A DNA stretch of 64,000 nucleotides from Fibrobacterota bacterium (lineage in GTDB: Bacteria; Fibrobacterota; Fibrobacteria; UBA11236; JADFYW01): positions 17,686 to 81,685 of the forward strand of contig JBHPJW010000002.1 of the NCBI GenBank assembly GCA_042567505.1, written 5' to 3'. Position 1 is the stretch's first letter, and every line of letters begins with the position of its first letter. Positions 39,014 to 48,788 of the stretch are shown piece by piece. The position numbers and the translations under genes are program-made. A model generated the notes under the pieces. The model saw only the letters and a list, made by a program, of their open reading frames with translations. It had not been told where the DNA came from and ran no database searches.

Positions 39014-40345
39014 TTATTTTTTCCAATTTTCATTCAAAAACGCGGGTATCTTGGATGCCAGTTCAGGCCCGATAATCACTTCTTTCCAGTCTGAAGTGTC
39101 CTCGATTTCCGCCCTGAACACCGGCAGATAGCCCGGAATTATCAGTTTGCGGTGTTTTACCTTATCCGCCACGCCCTGCTCTTGTATGGTCTTCACCACC
39201 TTTTCCACGGAAATTTTGTCCCCCGCGTATGCATTAAGCACTCCCAATCCTTCGGTGTCCACCACGCAGATATAGGCGGGCACCTTGCTCCGTTCCACTT
39301 CCCCTTCCACGCTGAAATAGGTGAGGGAAAAGTTGGTGGTGAAAAGAACTGGCGAATCCTCATTGGGCTGCCCCACTTCGTACAGTTTGGTTTCAACAGT
39401 GTTGGGCTTTTGAGGATCGGTGTAGACATTCTGGACCGTGGTCATGATGGGAAGCAGCTGGCAGGGCTCCACGCCGTTGATAACCACGATACCCGCGTAC
39501 TTAGCCGCGAAGGTGCTGGCTAAGACAGTTTCCACTTCGGGTGAGTCCGCTTCGATATCAACCATGGCGGGAAATCCCAGCTCCCGGAAGTTTTTCTTCA
39601 AGGCCGCTCTTCGGGCAATGGTTATGTTTCTCAGGGTGTCGCCCGCGTTTAGAGAACCAAAGGACAGAACCAGGTCCGTCACGCCCTTGTCCTTGGCCTT
39701 CTTGGCATTGTCAGCCATTTCTTCCAGGTTCGCTCCGCCGATGGCCAGCGGTGCCTTTACGGCAACTGCTACTTCAGCCAGAGCGTCCACGCTGGAAGCG
39801 TCGGCTTTATAAATAAGCGGATTCTGGTCCTTCACGGCCTCCACCGCGGCCTTTAAGGCGTCCGCGGAGCCCATCAGGATCAGGGGAACACTGCTTTTTT
39901 CCGCGGCCAGCTTGGCCCGGCCTGCCGGGTCGCCGCCGTCAACTTCCACAGCGCATAACTCGACTTTGAGTTCTTCGCCAACTCTTATGAATTTGGCATT
40001 ATTGATCTTTTCAATCTTGGCGGCAGCTTCATCATCGGAAAGCGAAGCGGGAACCCGTACCGCAATACCTGTGCCGTGATGAAACTTTTCCTCGTGCCGG
40101 AACATCACTGTTTCCTGACCGAACACAAATTGTTTTCCCTCCGGCCCAATCTTCACCAGCTTCATGGGAGGCGCGGAAGCGTCTGACAATGCTGACTGAG
40201 CGTCATCGGAAATCTCCGGACAGTCGCTTAAAGCTTTCTGCTTGGCCGCGACCTGCATGGCAAAGGCCATACATGTGGGAAAACCGCATTCTTTGCAGTT
40301 AGTTTTGGGTAAACTCTTGTAGATTTGCATTCCTGTTAGTGCCAT
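39014..40345 (-). CDS. acsC: Corrinoid Fe-S protein large (gamma) subunit
   Basis: LPKTNCKECGFPTCMAFA 4Fe-4S motif; YTDPQKP, TTNFSLTY and G.GVL.AYA motifs. Confidence 0.97.
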   Translation of the reverse strand: MALTGMQIYKSLPKTNCKECGFPTCMAFAMQVAAKQKALSDCPEISDDAQSALSDASAPPMKLVKIGPEGKQFVFGQETVMFRHEEKFHHGTGIAVRVPASLSDDEAAAKIEKINNAKFIRVGEELKVELCAVEVDGGDPAGRAKLAAEKSSVPLILMGSADALKAAVEAVKDQNPLIYKADASSVDALAEVAVAVKAPLAIGGANLEEMADNAKKAKDKGVTDLVLSFGSLNAGDTLRNITIARRAALKKNFRELGFPAMVDIEADSPEVETVLASTFAAKYAGIVVINGVEPCQLLPIMTTVQNVYTDPQKPNTVETKLYEVGQPNEDSPVLFTTNFSLTYFSVEGEVERSKVPAYICVVDTEGLGVLNAYAGDKISVEKVVKTIQEQGVADKVKHRKLIIPGYLPVFRAEIEDTSDWKEVIIGPELASKIPAFLNENWKK

Positions 40346-40378
40346 TTGATCCTCCTTAATAAAATCGGTTACGTCTGT

Positions 40379-40697
40379 CGGTGACGGTGACGGTTACGGT
40401 GACGCCTGCCCCCCGCGACGGTTGGGGAATGCCCGTTTCGTCTTTCGGTGATGTTTAGGGTGATACTTCGCCACAAACTGTCATTCCCCGCGAAGGCGGG
40501 GAATCTATAAAGATGGTTGTCCGTGTATAAATTCATTTTGAACAAATCCGAAAAAAAATTACAATTTTTTTTCTGTTTTTGTACTTCCCAATATCTGCTA
40601 TATCTTCTCAACTATTCCCAGATTCCCCGCCTTCGCGGGGAATGACAGGGCGGATTACCTTATTTACTCACTGTCACCGTCACTGTTTCCGTCACAG
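40379..40697. repeat. Nested cassette: hexamer (CGGTGA) tandem arms enclosing a perfect 29-bp REP doublet
   Basis: CGGTGA/CGGTTA x4 at 40379-40404; inverse degenerate array at 40667-40697; CTGTCATTCCCCGCGAAGGCGGGGAATCT at 40478-40506 and its exact reverse complement at 40620-40648. Confidence 0.9.
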
Positions 40698-40698
40698 C

Positions 40699-42918
40699 TT
40701 AAAATAACGGCTCCATCGCCATCACAGGATGTTCCACCTTCTGCAAGTGCTCCATCAGCTTTTCCGGATCTTCCGCGTCTTCTTCGGTGGCTATCTTGTC
40801 AAAGAGGTCCGGCATGCCGGCTTTTTCCAGCTGAGCTTTTAGCCTGTCGCCCACTTCCTCTTTGAGCTGCTTGGGCATCCAGACGATTCTCTGCCATCCG
40901 CCTTCGGCCGATACGAACTTGGGGCTTGAAATATACAGCTTGCCAATCCCGGTAAATCCCGGCATCTGGGCCCCGCCGCCAATTTGGCCTGCCAGGGTGG
41001 AGAATTTCATGCCGATGGGGGTCATGCCGGCAAAGTCCCGGTCTACCACCATGATTCCGGATACTTCGGGAACAACCGCGGCAATGCACTCAAAACAGCC
41101 GCAGGAGGTCATGGGATCTTCCATGATGGAGTAGGCGTTGAACTTCTGCAGGGCGCCGTTGGACTTTACATCGATGTAGTCATTGATGTTCTGCCATGAG
41201 CCCTTTTCCTTGTCCAGTTCCGTGCCCTTTTTCACCGGCTCATTGGGCCCGTGTTCGTCTATCTGAAAGGAGGCCTTGCAATCCAGCCAGGTATAGGCGC
41301 CGCAGAGTCCTAGACGCTGGGGAGTGACAATACAGACATGGTTGGGAGCATATGACTGGCACAGGGTGCATGAGTAAAAATCTTCAACGTCCTCGTCGGT
41401 CATACCGCCGATTTTGTCGTCCCTATCCGAATAAATCGCCCTTGCATTCTCAAGCATTTCCTTGGTCTTGTCCGGGTCAGTGAAAATCTTCACCTGCACG
41501 CGGTCCACAATGGAGGAAAAATCGCCTTTTATCTTGGCCAGCAGTATTTCCCCGAAGTCCTTGATCTTAAAGCCCTTTTCCGCGGCTTCTTTACTGATGC
41601 GCACCCAGATGATATTGCGCTGGCCCATATGGAAAATGCCGTTGGCGCAGGAAATGTATTCATGAATACGCCTCTCCAGCACAGACTCAAAGTCTTCCTG
41701 GAATTCGCGCCCCGCCACCTCTACCAGGATGCCGAAGGGATAGGCCTCTCCCTGTTTCATCTTGTCTATCTCATCACCTATCACTTCTATATTGCCGTCT
41801 TCAATATCATCCATGCCCTTCATGCGCAGCATCTCAAAGGCGTCGGTGTACTTGCCGCCGAACTGCACATGCATGTCTTCTTTCCTGACCCGTTCGCCCT
41901 CAAAACCGGCGCCGTAGGCAACGGGGATGGGGACTTTTTCCACCTTGATGGTCAGCCCGCGCACCTCGATTGCCCTGCTCACCAGGTCTTCGTACTTCAC
42001 TCCTGAAACAACGTGTTCATAAGTGCAGATGCCGGTGGGCAATATCTGGGGAATGTCGGTGTCCGCTATCACGGGGAAACCGTAGTTTATGGCACCCGCG
42101 GCAGTGGCGTATTTCTCGTCGGTGATTATCTGTTCCTTGGTCTCGGCGTTGTCATCGCTGCCCAGCGCCAGCACAAAGGCGAACACGCGCTCCTTGTTGT
42201 ACATCAGGATTTCCTTGGCGGCCTTGAAGCTGCCCGGCTCCACTCCGCCGAAGCTCATGGCGGAACGGGCCGCAAAGTTCAGGGCGTAAATGGCCTGGGT
42301 GATTTCCTTGCCGTAGGGCACCAGGTAGGTGTCCCAGTTCATCTCAAGGCCCTCTGCGGCGGCCTGCTCGGCCACGCATTTGCCGTTGGAGTTGCCTGCC
42401 ATGAACACCAGGATGCTCTTTTCTTGCAGGTCGCGCAGCAGGTCAACCGCTTGCTGGTTGGTCTCGGTGGCGCCTACGATGGCGGCAAAACCCGGCATCC
42501 TGCCGTCCACCAGCTTGATGCCCTGCAGCCGCAGGATGTCGTCTCCGGTAAATCCCAGCCAGATGCCTTCGGCAGTGCCCGGGCCCATCACGTATTTGAG
42601 CGATTCAATTATTTCTTCCGCTATCAGGGTGGCGACGCCGGAATTGAGCGTATCACCCAGGTAGGGAAGCCACAGGCCTTCCGAGGGTATGGGGCCCAGC
42701 AGCTTCTTGGCTTCCTGAAGGGACTCTTCCAAATCACCCAAAGTAGTGACCTTCTGTCCCAGGAACAGGAGCATGATGGGCAGAAAATAGGCGGTGTTGG
42801 GATACTCCACCTTGCATTCCTTGCCTTTGGCTTTAATGGCGGCGGCCAGGTCTTTTTCGGCTCTTGCCACCATGGCATGGGCTCCTCTTATGGCTGCGGT
42901 CGCTATAATCTTTGACAT
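40699..42918 (-). CDS. acsB: Acetyl-CoA synthase (bacterial-type, with N-terminal domain)
   Basis: A-cluster ligands FYSCTLCQS, HVC, RLGLCGA and MTSCGCFEC; PNTAYFLP N-terminus. Confidence 0.98.
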   Translation of the reverse strand: MSKIIATAAIRGAHAMVARAEKDLAAAIKAKGKECKVEYPNTAYFLPIMLLFLGQKVTTLGDLEESLQEAKKLLGPIPSEGLWLPYLGDTLNSGVATLIAEEIIESLKYVMGPGTAEGIWLGFTGDDILRLQGIKLVDGRMPGFAAIVGATETNQQAVDLLRDLQEKSILVFMAGNSNGKCVAEQAAAEGLEMNWDTYLVPYGKEITQAIYALNFAARSAMSFGGVEPGSFKAAKEILMYNKERVFAFVLALGSDDNAETKEQIITDEKYATAAGAINYGFPVIADTDIPQILPTGICTYEHVVSGVKYEDLVSRAIEVRGLTIKVEKVPIPVAYGAGFEGERVRKEDMHVQFGGKYTDAFEMLRMKGMDDIEDGNIEVIGDEIDKMKQGEAYPFGILVEVAGREFQEDFESVLERRIHEYISCANGIFHMGQRNIIWVRISKEAAEKGFKIKDFGEILLAKIKGDFSSIVDRVQVKIFTDPDKTKEMLENARAIYSDRDDKIGGMTDEDVEDFYSCTLCQSYAPNHVCIVTPQRLGLCGAYTWLDCKASFQIDEHGPNEPVKKGTELDKEKGSWQNINDYIDVKSNGALQKFNAYSIMEDPMTSCGCFECIAAVVPEVSGIMVVDRDFAGMTPIGMKFSTLAGQIGGGAQMPGFTGIGKLYISSPKFVSAEGGWQRIVWMPKQLKEEVGDRLKAQLEKAGMPDLFDKIATEEDAEDPEKLMEHLQKVEHPVMAMEPLF

Positions 42919-42973
42919 AGTTGATACTCCTATTTCAATTTTAATGATCCATTGTTTAAATAAAACCTTAGTA

Positions 42974-43110
42974 TGTCATTCCGGCGAATGCCTAATACTG
43001 TCATTCTGACGAAAGTCAGAATCTTTCCATGGTAAAATTTACTCTGGAAAGATGCCGGGTCAGTGCCCGGCATGACAAACTTGAGCTTTTCGGTCAAGTC
43101 CGGAATGACA
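42974..43110. repeat. Mosaic of four REP-like units (BIME-like)
   Basis: TGTCATTCCGGCGAATGCC, TGTCATTCTGACGAAAGTCAGAATCT, AGATGCCGGGTCAGTGCCCGGCATGACA and TCGGTCAAGTCCGGAATGACA. Confidence 0.75.
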
Positions 43111-43131
43111 TTGCTTATCATCTTAAACATC

Positions 43132-43905
43132 TTAATACACCAGTTTAGAAACTCTTCTCCTGCACTCCGGACACTTCTCAAAAATGTCTTCACGCAGGTT
43201 CAGCTTAACCTTCTTCTTAATAGTCTTTAAATGAACTACCGGAGCAAAGGATTTTCCACACTCCGAGCAGGCCTTCATCTCGTGCCAGGTGTCCCAGTTT
43301 TCCATGAACAGGTTTTTCCCATCCTGACTCACTTTAATAGCTCCGGTTGGGCATACATTGGCGCAGGCGTTGCAAGCGATACAGATCTCCTTGGTGACCT
43401 GATACGGCGACACGAGTTTTTTATTGATACCTCTGAATGCTATGCTGATTCCGCCTGTGCACATGACATCGTGACAGGCGCGCACACAAAGCCCGCAAAG
43501 GATACAGTTTGATTCCCCCTTGTCCTTTGTTTCGAATCTTTCTTCCGCTCCGTACTCTTTCGCCATTTCATTTAAAAGGGGAGATTCCGGAGCGCGGGAA
43601 AGCAGCAATTCCAATATTACTTTTCGTTCCTTGCGGACTTTGGGAGTATTCGTCTGAACCACAAGCCCGTCTTCAACCGGATACACACAGGAGGCGTCGA
43701 TCCAGTTATAGGTTTTTCCCCGTTTGGTGACGCTCATCTCCACGATGCAAATACGGCAGGAAGCATACATGGGCAGCGATTCGTGGTAGCACAGTGTCGG
43801 AATAAAAACTCCGAGCTGCTTGGCGGCCTCAATGACCAGAGTGCCTTTGGGAACCTGAGCTTTACGTCCATCTATCTCTATATTCAGCAATTTTTCCTCA
43901 GTCAT
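43132..43905 (-). CDS. NuoG/HydA-like Fe-S subunit (2Fe-2S plus 2x4Fe-4S; no catalytic domain)
   Basis: PTLC...ASCRIC...SC; CILCGLCVRAC; CIACNACANVC; C-terminal CxxC...CxxC; no H-cluster or Mo-binding domain. Confidence 0.88.
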   Translation of the reverse strand: MTEEKLLNIEIDGRKAQVPKGTLVIEAAKQLGVFIPTLCYHESLPMYASCRICIVEMSVTKRGKTYNWIDASCVYPVEDGLVVQTNTPKVRKERKVILELLLSRAPESPLLNEMAKEYGAEERFETKDKGESNCILCGLCVRACHDVMCTGGISIAFRGINKKLVSPYQVTKEICIACNACANVCPTGAIKVSQDGKNLFMENWDTWHEMKACSECGKSFAPVVHLKTIKKKVKLNLREDIFEKCPECRRRVSKLVY

Positions 43906-43909
43906 AGCT

Positions 43910-45802
43910 TCAGACCTTGTTCACAGAATCAAATTTACAGACATCGAAGCAAATCCCGCACTTGGTGCACTTGGCTTTATCCAGCACGGCAATCTCCTTT
44001 TTCTTCCAGCTGATCGCGTCAGCAGGGCACTTTTTATAACAGGCACCGCACATTGACTTTGCACAAGCCTCAGCGTCAATTTCAAATTCAAACAGGGCTT
44101 TGCATACGCCTGCCGGGCACTTCTTTTCCTTCACATGCGTCATATATTCATCACGGAAATACCGTATCGTACTAAGCACTGGGTTAGGGGCGGATTTCCC
44201 CAAAGCGCACAGGGAACAGTGTTTAATTACTTCAGAAAGTTCTTCCAGAAGCTCTACGTCGCCATCCTTGCCTTTCCCCTCTGAAATCCTGTCAACAATT
44301 TTATACAGCTGGTAGGTTCCCTCACGGCAAGGCGTACACTTTCCGCAGGATTCCTCCACCAAAAAAGAGAGAAAGTAGCGGGCCACATCCACCATACAGG
44401 TGTCTTCGTCCATCACGATGATGCCGCCTGAGCCCATCATCGAGCCGACTTTGGTGAGTTCATCGAAATCCACCGGCATGTCGATCTTATCAGCGGGTAT
44501 ACAGCCGCCGGAAGGCCCGCCTGTCTGCACGGCCTTGAATTTTTTGTCTCCCGGGATGCCGCCGCCCACATCGTAAATAATCTCTCTCAGGGACAGTCCC
44601 ATGGGAACTTCCACAAGCCCGTTGTTGTTTATTTTCCCCACCAGAGAAAATACCTTGGTGCCCTTGGAACCTTCTGTTCCAATGCTCGCATACTCTTTCG
44701 CGCCCATTTTAAAGATAATGGGAACATTCGACCAGGTCTCAACGTTATTAAGGGTGGTCGGTTTTTCCCGCAAACCGGCTTCTACCGTATGTATATGCTT
44801 TACCCTCGGCTCCCCTACTTTTCCTTCTATGGAAGCCATCAACGCGGTGGACTCTCCGCACACAAAGGCGCCTCCACCCCTGCTTATCTTTATATCAAAG
44901 GAAAAGTCCGTGCCGAAGATGTTCTTGCCTAATAAGCCGTGCTCACGTGCCACCGCAATGGTCTTCCGCAGGGTTTCCACGGCAAGCGGATATTCAGCGC
45001 GCACATATATATATCCCTCCGTGCTGCCTATCCCGTATGCGCCGATGGCCATTCCCTCGAGAACGCTGAACGGATCGCCTTCCAGCACCGTCCTGTCCAT
45101 ATAGGCCCCCGGGTCGCCTTCATCGGCGTTGCAAATGACATATTTCGGAGATCCCGAAGCCTTGCTGCATGACCTCCACTTCCTTCCCGTGGGAAACCCG
45201 CCTCCTCCGCGGCCCCGCAGGCCGGCTTCCGTAACCGTGTCAACGATATCATCCGGTTTTAATCCGGTGAGGACGTTATACAGGGACCGGTATCCTCCCC
45301 TGGCGATATATTCTGAAATGTCCAGCGGATCTACCAGGCCGCTGTTGCGCAGGGCAATCTTAAACTGCGGCTTGTAGAAAGGAACCTCCTTGTATTCCTT
45401 TATATCCGCGGCTTTTTTGTTATCAACGCCGTCCACCTTGAATCCGCTGTTATTCAGCTGCATGAGAGCATGTTTTCCCGGAGTTTTTCCATCAATCCAT
45501 TCGGGAATGAGCTTTTCCATTTTCTTAGGGGTCAGCTGACTGTAAATAACCGGGGCCAGGCCTGGAACCATTACATTAAGCATGGGCTCAAGCTGACACA
45601 GACCTATGCACCCCGTCCGAGCCAGCACAACGTCAGTTCCCTTGAGGGCCTTCTCCAGCTCGCTATAGAGTTTATCCGCGCCGGATGCGCGGCCGCAGGT
45701 ACCCATCTGAACAGCGATTTTCACTTTTCCAGGGAAAATCCTGGTCTTTCCCTTTTTGCCCAGGCTCTCCAGCTGTTTTAAATCTTTCACTAACGTGGCC
45801 AT
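43910..45802 (-). CDS. NuoF/HydB-like FMN/NADH-binding subunit
   Basis: GLRGRGGGGFPTG, NADEGDPGAYMDR, AFVCGE, ESCGKCTPCREG; N-terminal 2Fe-2S (GCIGLC) and C-terminal 2x4Fe-4S. Confidence 0.93.
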   Translation of the reverse strand: MATLVKDLKQLESLGKKGKTRIFPGKVKIAVQMGTCGRASGADKLYSELEKALKGTDVVLARTGCIGLCQLEPMLNVMVPGLAPVIYSQLTPKKMEKLIPEWIDGKTPGKHALMQLNNSGFKVDGVDNKKAADIKEYKEVPFYKPQFKIALRNSGLVDPLDISEYIARGGYRSLYNVLTGLKPDDIVDTVTEAGLRGRGGGGFPTGRKWRSCSKASGSPKYVICNADEGDPGAYMDRTVLEGDPFSVLEGMAIGAYGIGSTEGYIYVRAEYPLAVETLRKTIAVAREHGLLGKNIFGTDFSFDIKISRGGGAFVCGESTALMASIEGKVGEPRVKHIHTVEAGLREKPTTLNNVETWSNVPIIFKMGAKEYASIGTEGSKGTKVFSLVGKINNNGLVEVPMGLSLREIIYDVGGGIPGDKKFKAVQTGGPSGGCIPADKIDMPVDFDELTKVGSMMGSGGIIVMDEDTCMVDVARYFLSFLVEESCGKCTPCREGTYQLYKIVDRISEGKGKDGDVELLEELSEVIKHCSLCALGKSAPNPVLSTIRYFRDEYMTHVKEKKCPAGVCKALFEFEIDAEACAKSMCGACYKKCPADAISWKKKEIAVLDKAKCTKCGICFDVCKFDSVNKV

Positions 45803-45807
45803 AAACT

Positions 45808-46341
45808 TTAACTCTTATATTGCTTTAAGATTTTCTTGATTTTTTCCGGCTGGAGATTGCCGAAGGTCTTTCCGTTGATCATCAGGACAGGAGCCAAGCT
45901 GCAGCACCCCAGACATCTCACCGTCTCCACTGAAAAGTGCCTGTCTTCGGTTGTTTCCCCGTCTTTAATGCTGAGTTGGTTATAAAGCTCATCCATAAGC
46001 CGGCCGGCGCCCTTGATATGACAGGCGGTGCCGGTGCAGACCTGAATATTATACTTTCCTTTGGGAATCAGCGAGAAAGCGTTATAAAAAGTGGCTACCG
46101 AAAACACCCTGCTTAAAGGAATCTCCAGATGGGAGGCCGTGGACCGCATGCAGTGTTCCGGAAGATAATGTAATTCCTCCTGGACCTCCTGCAGAATGGG
46201 CAGCAGAGATTCGGTATCTATGTCATACCGGTTTATAATTTTCTCAACCGAAGCTTGTTCTTCCTTTATCTCTTCCGGAGACAGCTCTGCTTCCGGAGGG
46301 GAAGCCTCTGCTACCGTGGATACCGTGTCTTTTTCAGCCAT
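45808..46341 (-). CDS. NuoE/HydC-like 2Fe-2S subunit
   Basis: VATFYNAFS, VCTGTACH and VRCLGCCSLAP motifs. Confidence 0.93.
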   Translation of the reverse strand: MAEKDTVSTVAEASPPEAELSPEEIKEEQASVEKIINRYDIDTESLLPILQEVQEELHYLPEHCMRSTASHLEIPLSRVFSVATFYNAFSLIPKGKYNIQVCTGTACHIKGAGRLMDELYNQLSIKDGETTEDRHFSVETVRCLGCCSLAPVLMINGKTFGNLQPEKIKKILKQYKS

Positions 46342-46851
46342 CTACGCTTCGCCCTTCTGAATCTGGACCATGTATTTCTTGCGCTTGAGGGCCGCAGCCT
46401 CATCCGGGGCCGCGTATTTAATGGCGCCGGTGGGACAGCCTTCCACGCAGGCCGGATTTTTACCTTCGGCCAGCCTTTCGTGACAGAGGTCGCACTTGAT
46501 CATGACCCGCTCATTTTTGCCTTTGCGCATCACCCCGAACGGGCAGATGAGGATACACTCATGGCACCCGATACATTTATCGTTATCCACAATCACCGGG
46601 TCATCCACGGATAAACGGGAGATGGCTTTGGTCGGGCACACCGCCATGCAGGGCGCGTCCTCACAGTGCCGGCAGTGCAGCGGCATGGTCATTTCTCCGA
46701 ACTGCTGCAGAATAACCCGGTTCACCGGACTTGGGGACTCCAGCATGGCTTCTTCCAGATTTTTACTCTGGGAGTGGGCAACCGCGCAATGCAGTTCGCA
46801 ACTATGACAGGACATGCATTTTTCAACATCAACTACGATTATTTTTTTCAT
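46342..46851 (-). CDS. cooF: CooF/HydN-like 4x[4Fe-4S] ferredoxin
   Basis: CMSCHSCELHC, CRHCEDAPC..VCPT, CIGCHEC..ICPFG and KCDLC...ACVEGCPT. Confidence 0.9.
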   Translation of the reverse strand: MKKIIVVDVEKCMSCHSCELHCAVAHSQSKNLEEAMLESPSPVNRVILQQFGEMTMPLHCRHCEDAPCMAVCPTKAISRLSVDDPVIVDNDKCIGCHECILICPFGVMRKGKNERVMIKCDLCHERLAEGKNPACVEGCPTGAIKYAAPDEAAALKRKKYMVQIQKGEA

Positions 46852-46862
46852 TGATGGTCTCC

Positions 46863-48788
46863 TTATGCCTGGTAGGGATATGGCTGTTCATACATGGGCG
46901 GCTTCAGTTTTAAAGCCGCGCGCTTTTTATCGATATGGGCTATCATTTTCTGTGCCGCTTTCACGGGGTCCAGCTCAAAGGCCCATTTGCCTCCCGTCTC
47001 CTGCTCAATCTCATCGGTGAGATAGTTGAACAGGTTTTTACTTCCCATCATGGGGAGGGGAGTGCCTATCATGGTATATACTCCGGAAGCGACAACGTAG
47101 AATCCGATGGCCACGGCTTTTTCACTCATCCATTCCGGGGCCGCGCCGGCCACGGGCAAATCAGAAATATCATCACCCAGCCCGCCTTCAGACACGATGT
47201 TGGTCAGGGTGGTGAGAATACGGCTGTTGTCAACACAGGACCCTAAATGCAGTACAGGAGGAATGCCCACCGCCCGGCAGATTTCCTGCAGGCCTTCACC
47301 GGCATATTTCTCCGCGGCCTCGGGCTGCAGTAAACCGTGCTTGGCGCAGGTGACAGCGTTGCATCCGGTAGTAACAACCAGGACATCGTTGGCGATAAGC
47401 TCCTTGACCATCTTCAAATGTCCCTCTTCATAGGGGACATTGGGATTGGAGCAGCCGATAACTCCGGCCGCTCCGCGCAGCCTGCCGGAAATCACCGCGT
47501 CGTTCAAGGGCCGGTACGTGGCCCGGTATTTGCCCCCCAGCATGGTAAAGACGTCTTCAGTGGTAAAGCCCGCAACCAGTTCTTCTTTATCATCGGGGAT
47601 TTGAACGCTTTTTCCCTTGCGGTTGGGGAAATTATCTATGGCTGTTTCCAGAATCTTAGTGGCAATCTCTACGGCCCTGTCTTCAGAAAACTCAATATGC
47701 TCAACACCGGGCATTTTAGCCTTGGGAGACGTGGTGATGAGCTTGGTGTGAAAACATTTACTCACGGTATCGAGAGCGGGCATCAGGCACTGCACATCCA
47801 CCACCATGAGGTCCAGGGCGCCGGTTACCATGGCCAATTCCTGCTGCAGAAAGGTGCCGGCCAGAGGGATGCCGTGCCGCATGAGGATTTCGTTGGCCGT
47901 ACAGCAGATGCCGCCCAGGACTATCCCCTTGGCGCCTTTTTCTTTGGCTTTTGCGATTAATTTTTCGTCCTGCGATACTATTGCTATGATGTCTGACAAG
48001 GTGGGTTCATGGCCATGTACGATAACATTTACATGGTCTTCTTTCATTATGCCGAGGTTGGCTTCGGACCGGATATTCTGTGGACGTTTGAAAATAATAT
48101 CAGATAATTCAGTCGCCACCATGGAACCGCCCCAGCCGTCCGCCAGCGCGGCACGCATCCCGTGGTGAATGATATTTTTATAATCACAATCCACCCCCAT
48201 ATTGGTGCGATGCATGGCCTCTACTACTTCCCTGTCTACAGCGCGGGGAAATATGCCCAGTTTATTCCATAAGTCCTTTCTGGCTTTAGGAGCTTTTTCG
48301 GCGATTCTCATTTGCCCCTCATAACGCCCAAATTCTTCAAGACCGGCAATGGCCACATCTTTGGCAATATCTTTTACCTCACGGCCTTCAGTCTTGATTT
48401 TGTATGCCTCTGCTACCTGCATTAATTTTGTCTCATCCTTTATCTTATAGTCACAATTTGGATCTGTAGCCGCCATGAGAAGAGTATGGGCGATGTCCCG
48501 GCCATGGTCCGAGTGAGCCGAAGTTCCTGCAGCTATCATTCGAATAATATTTCTGGCCGCAATAGTATCAGCGTTTGCGCCACACACACCCTCTTTAGGG
48601 CCCTCTCCAAAAGGATCAATCCTGCATGGACCCATGTTACATATTTTACAACACAAACCGGTGGATCCGAACCCGCATTGAGGCTGCATGCCTTCATACC
48701 GGTCCCATACAGTTTCTATATTTTCAGACTCTGCCCGCTTCACCATTTCCTTTGAAGCGTTATCAGCATATTTTAATTCTTTAGCCAT
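46863..48788 (-). CDS. cooS: Ni,Fe CO dehydrogenase catalytic subunit (CooS/AcsA)
   Basis: D/B cluster QCGFG..GLCCKICNMGPC; C-cluster ligand contexts HGHEP, CCTANE, DVQC, GCSN, GCNA and GSCVDN; WMSEKA lysine. Confidence 0.98.
   Translation of the reverse strand: MAKELKYADNASKEMVKRAESENIETVWDRYEGMQPQCGFGSTGLCCKICNMGPCRIDPFGEGPKEGVCGANADTIAARNIIRMIAAGTSAHSDHGRDIAHTLLMAATDPNCDYKIKDETKLMQVAEAYKIKTEGREVKDIAKDVAIAGLEEFGRYEGQMRIAEKAPKARKDLWNKLGIFPRAVDREVVEAMHRTNMGVDCDYKNIIHHGMRAALADGWGGSMVATELSDIIFKRPQNIRSEANLGIMKEDHVNVIVHGHEPTLSDIIAIVSQDEKLIAKAKEKGAKGIVLGGICCTANEILMRHGIPLAGTFLQQELAMVTGALDLMVVDVQCLMPALDTVSKCFHTKLITTSPKAKMPGVEHIEFSEDRAVEIATKILETAIDNFPNRKGKSVQIPDDKEELVAGFTTEDVFTMLGGKYRATYRPLNDAVISGRLRGAAGVIGCSNPNVPYEEGHLKMVKELIANDVLVVTTGCNAVTCAKHGLLQPEAAEKYAGEGLQEICRAVGIPPVLHLGSCVDNSRILTTLTNIVSEGGLGDDISDLPVAGAAPEWMSEKAVAIGFYVVASGVYTMIGTPLPMMGSKNLFNYLTDEIEQETGGKWAFELDPVKAAQKMIAHIDKKRAALKLKPPMYEQPYPYQA

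Noticed and set aside
40369-40611. 80-aa ORF inside the acsB-acsC spacer; possible GIY-YIG remnant between REPs
   Set aside because: It is largely translated repeat sequence (RHRNRHRH) with no GIY-YIG motif.
43132-46341. Respiratory complex I or a complete [FeFe]-hydrogenase/formate dehydrogenase
   Set aside because: No membrane nuo genes, no H-cluster motifs and no Mo/W-binding domain; no in-frame UGA suggesting a selenoprotein extension was seen.
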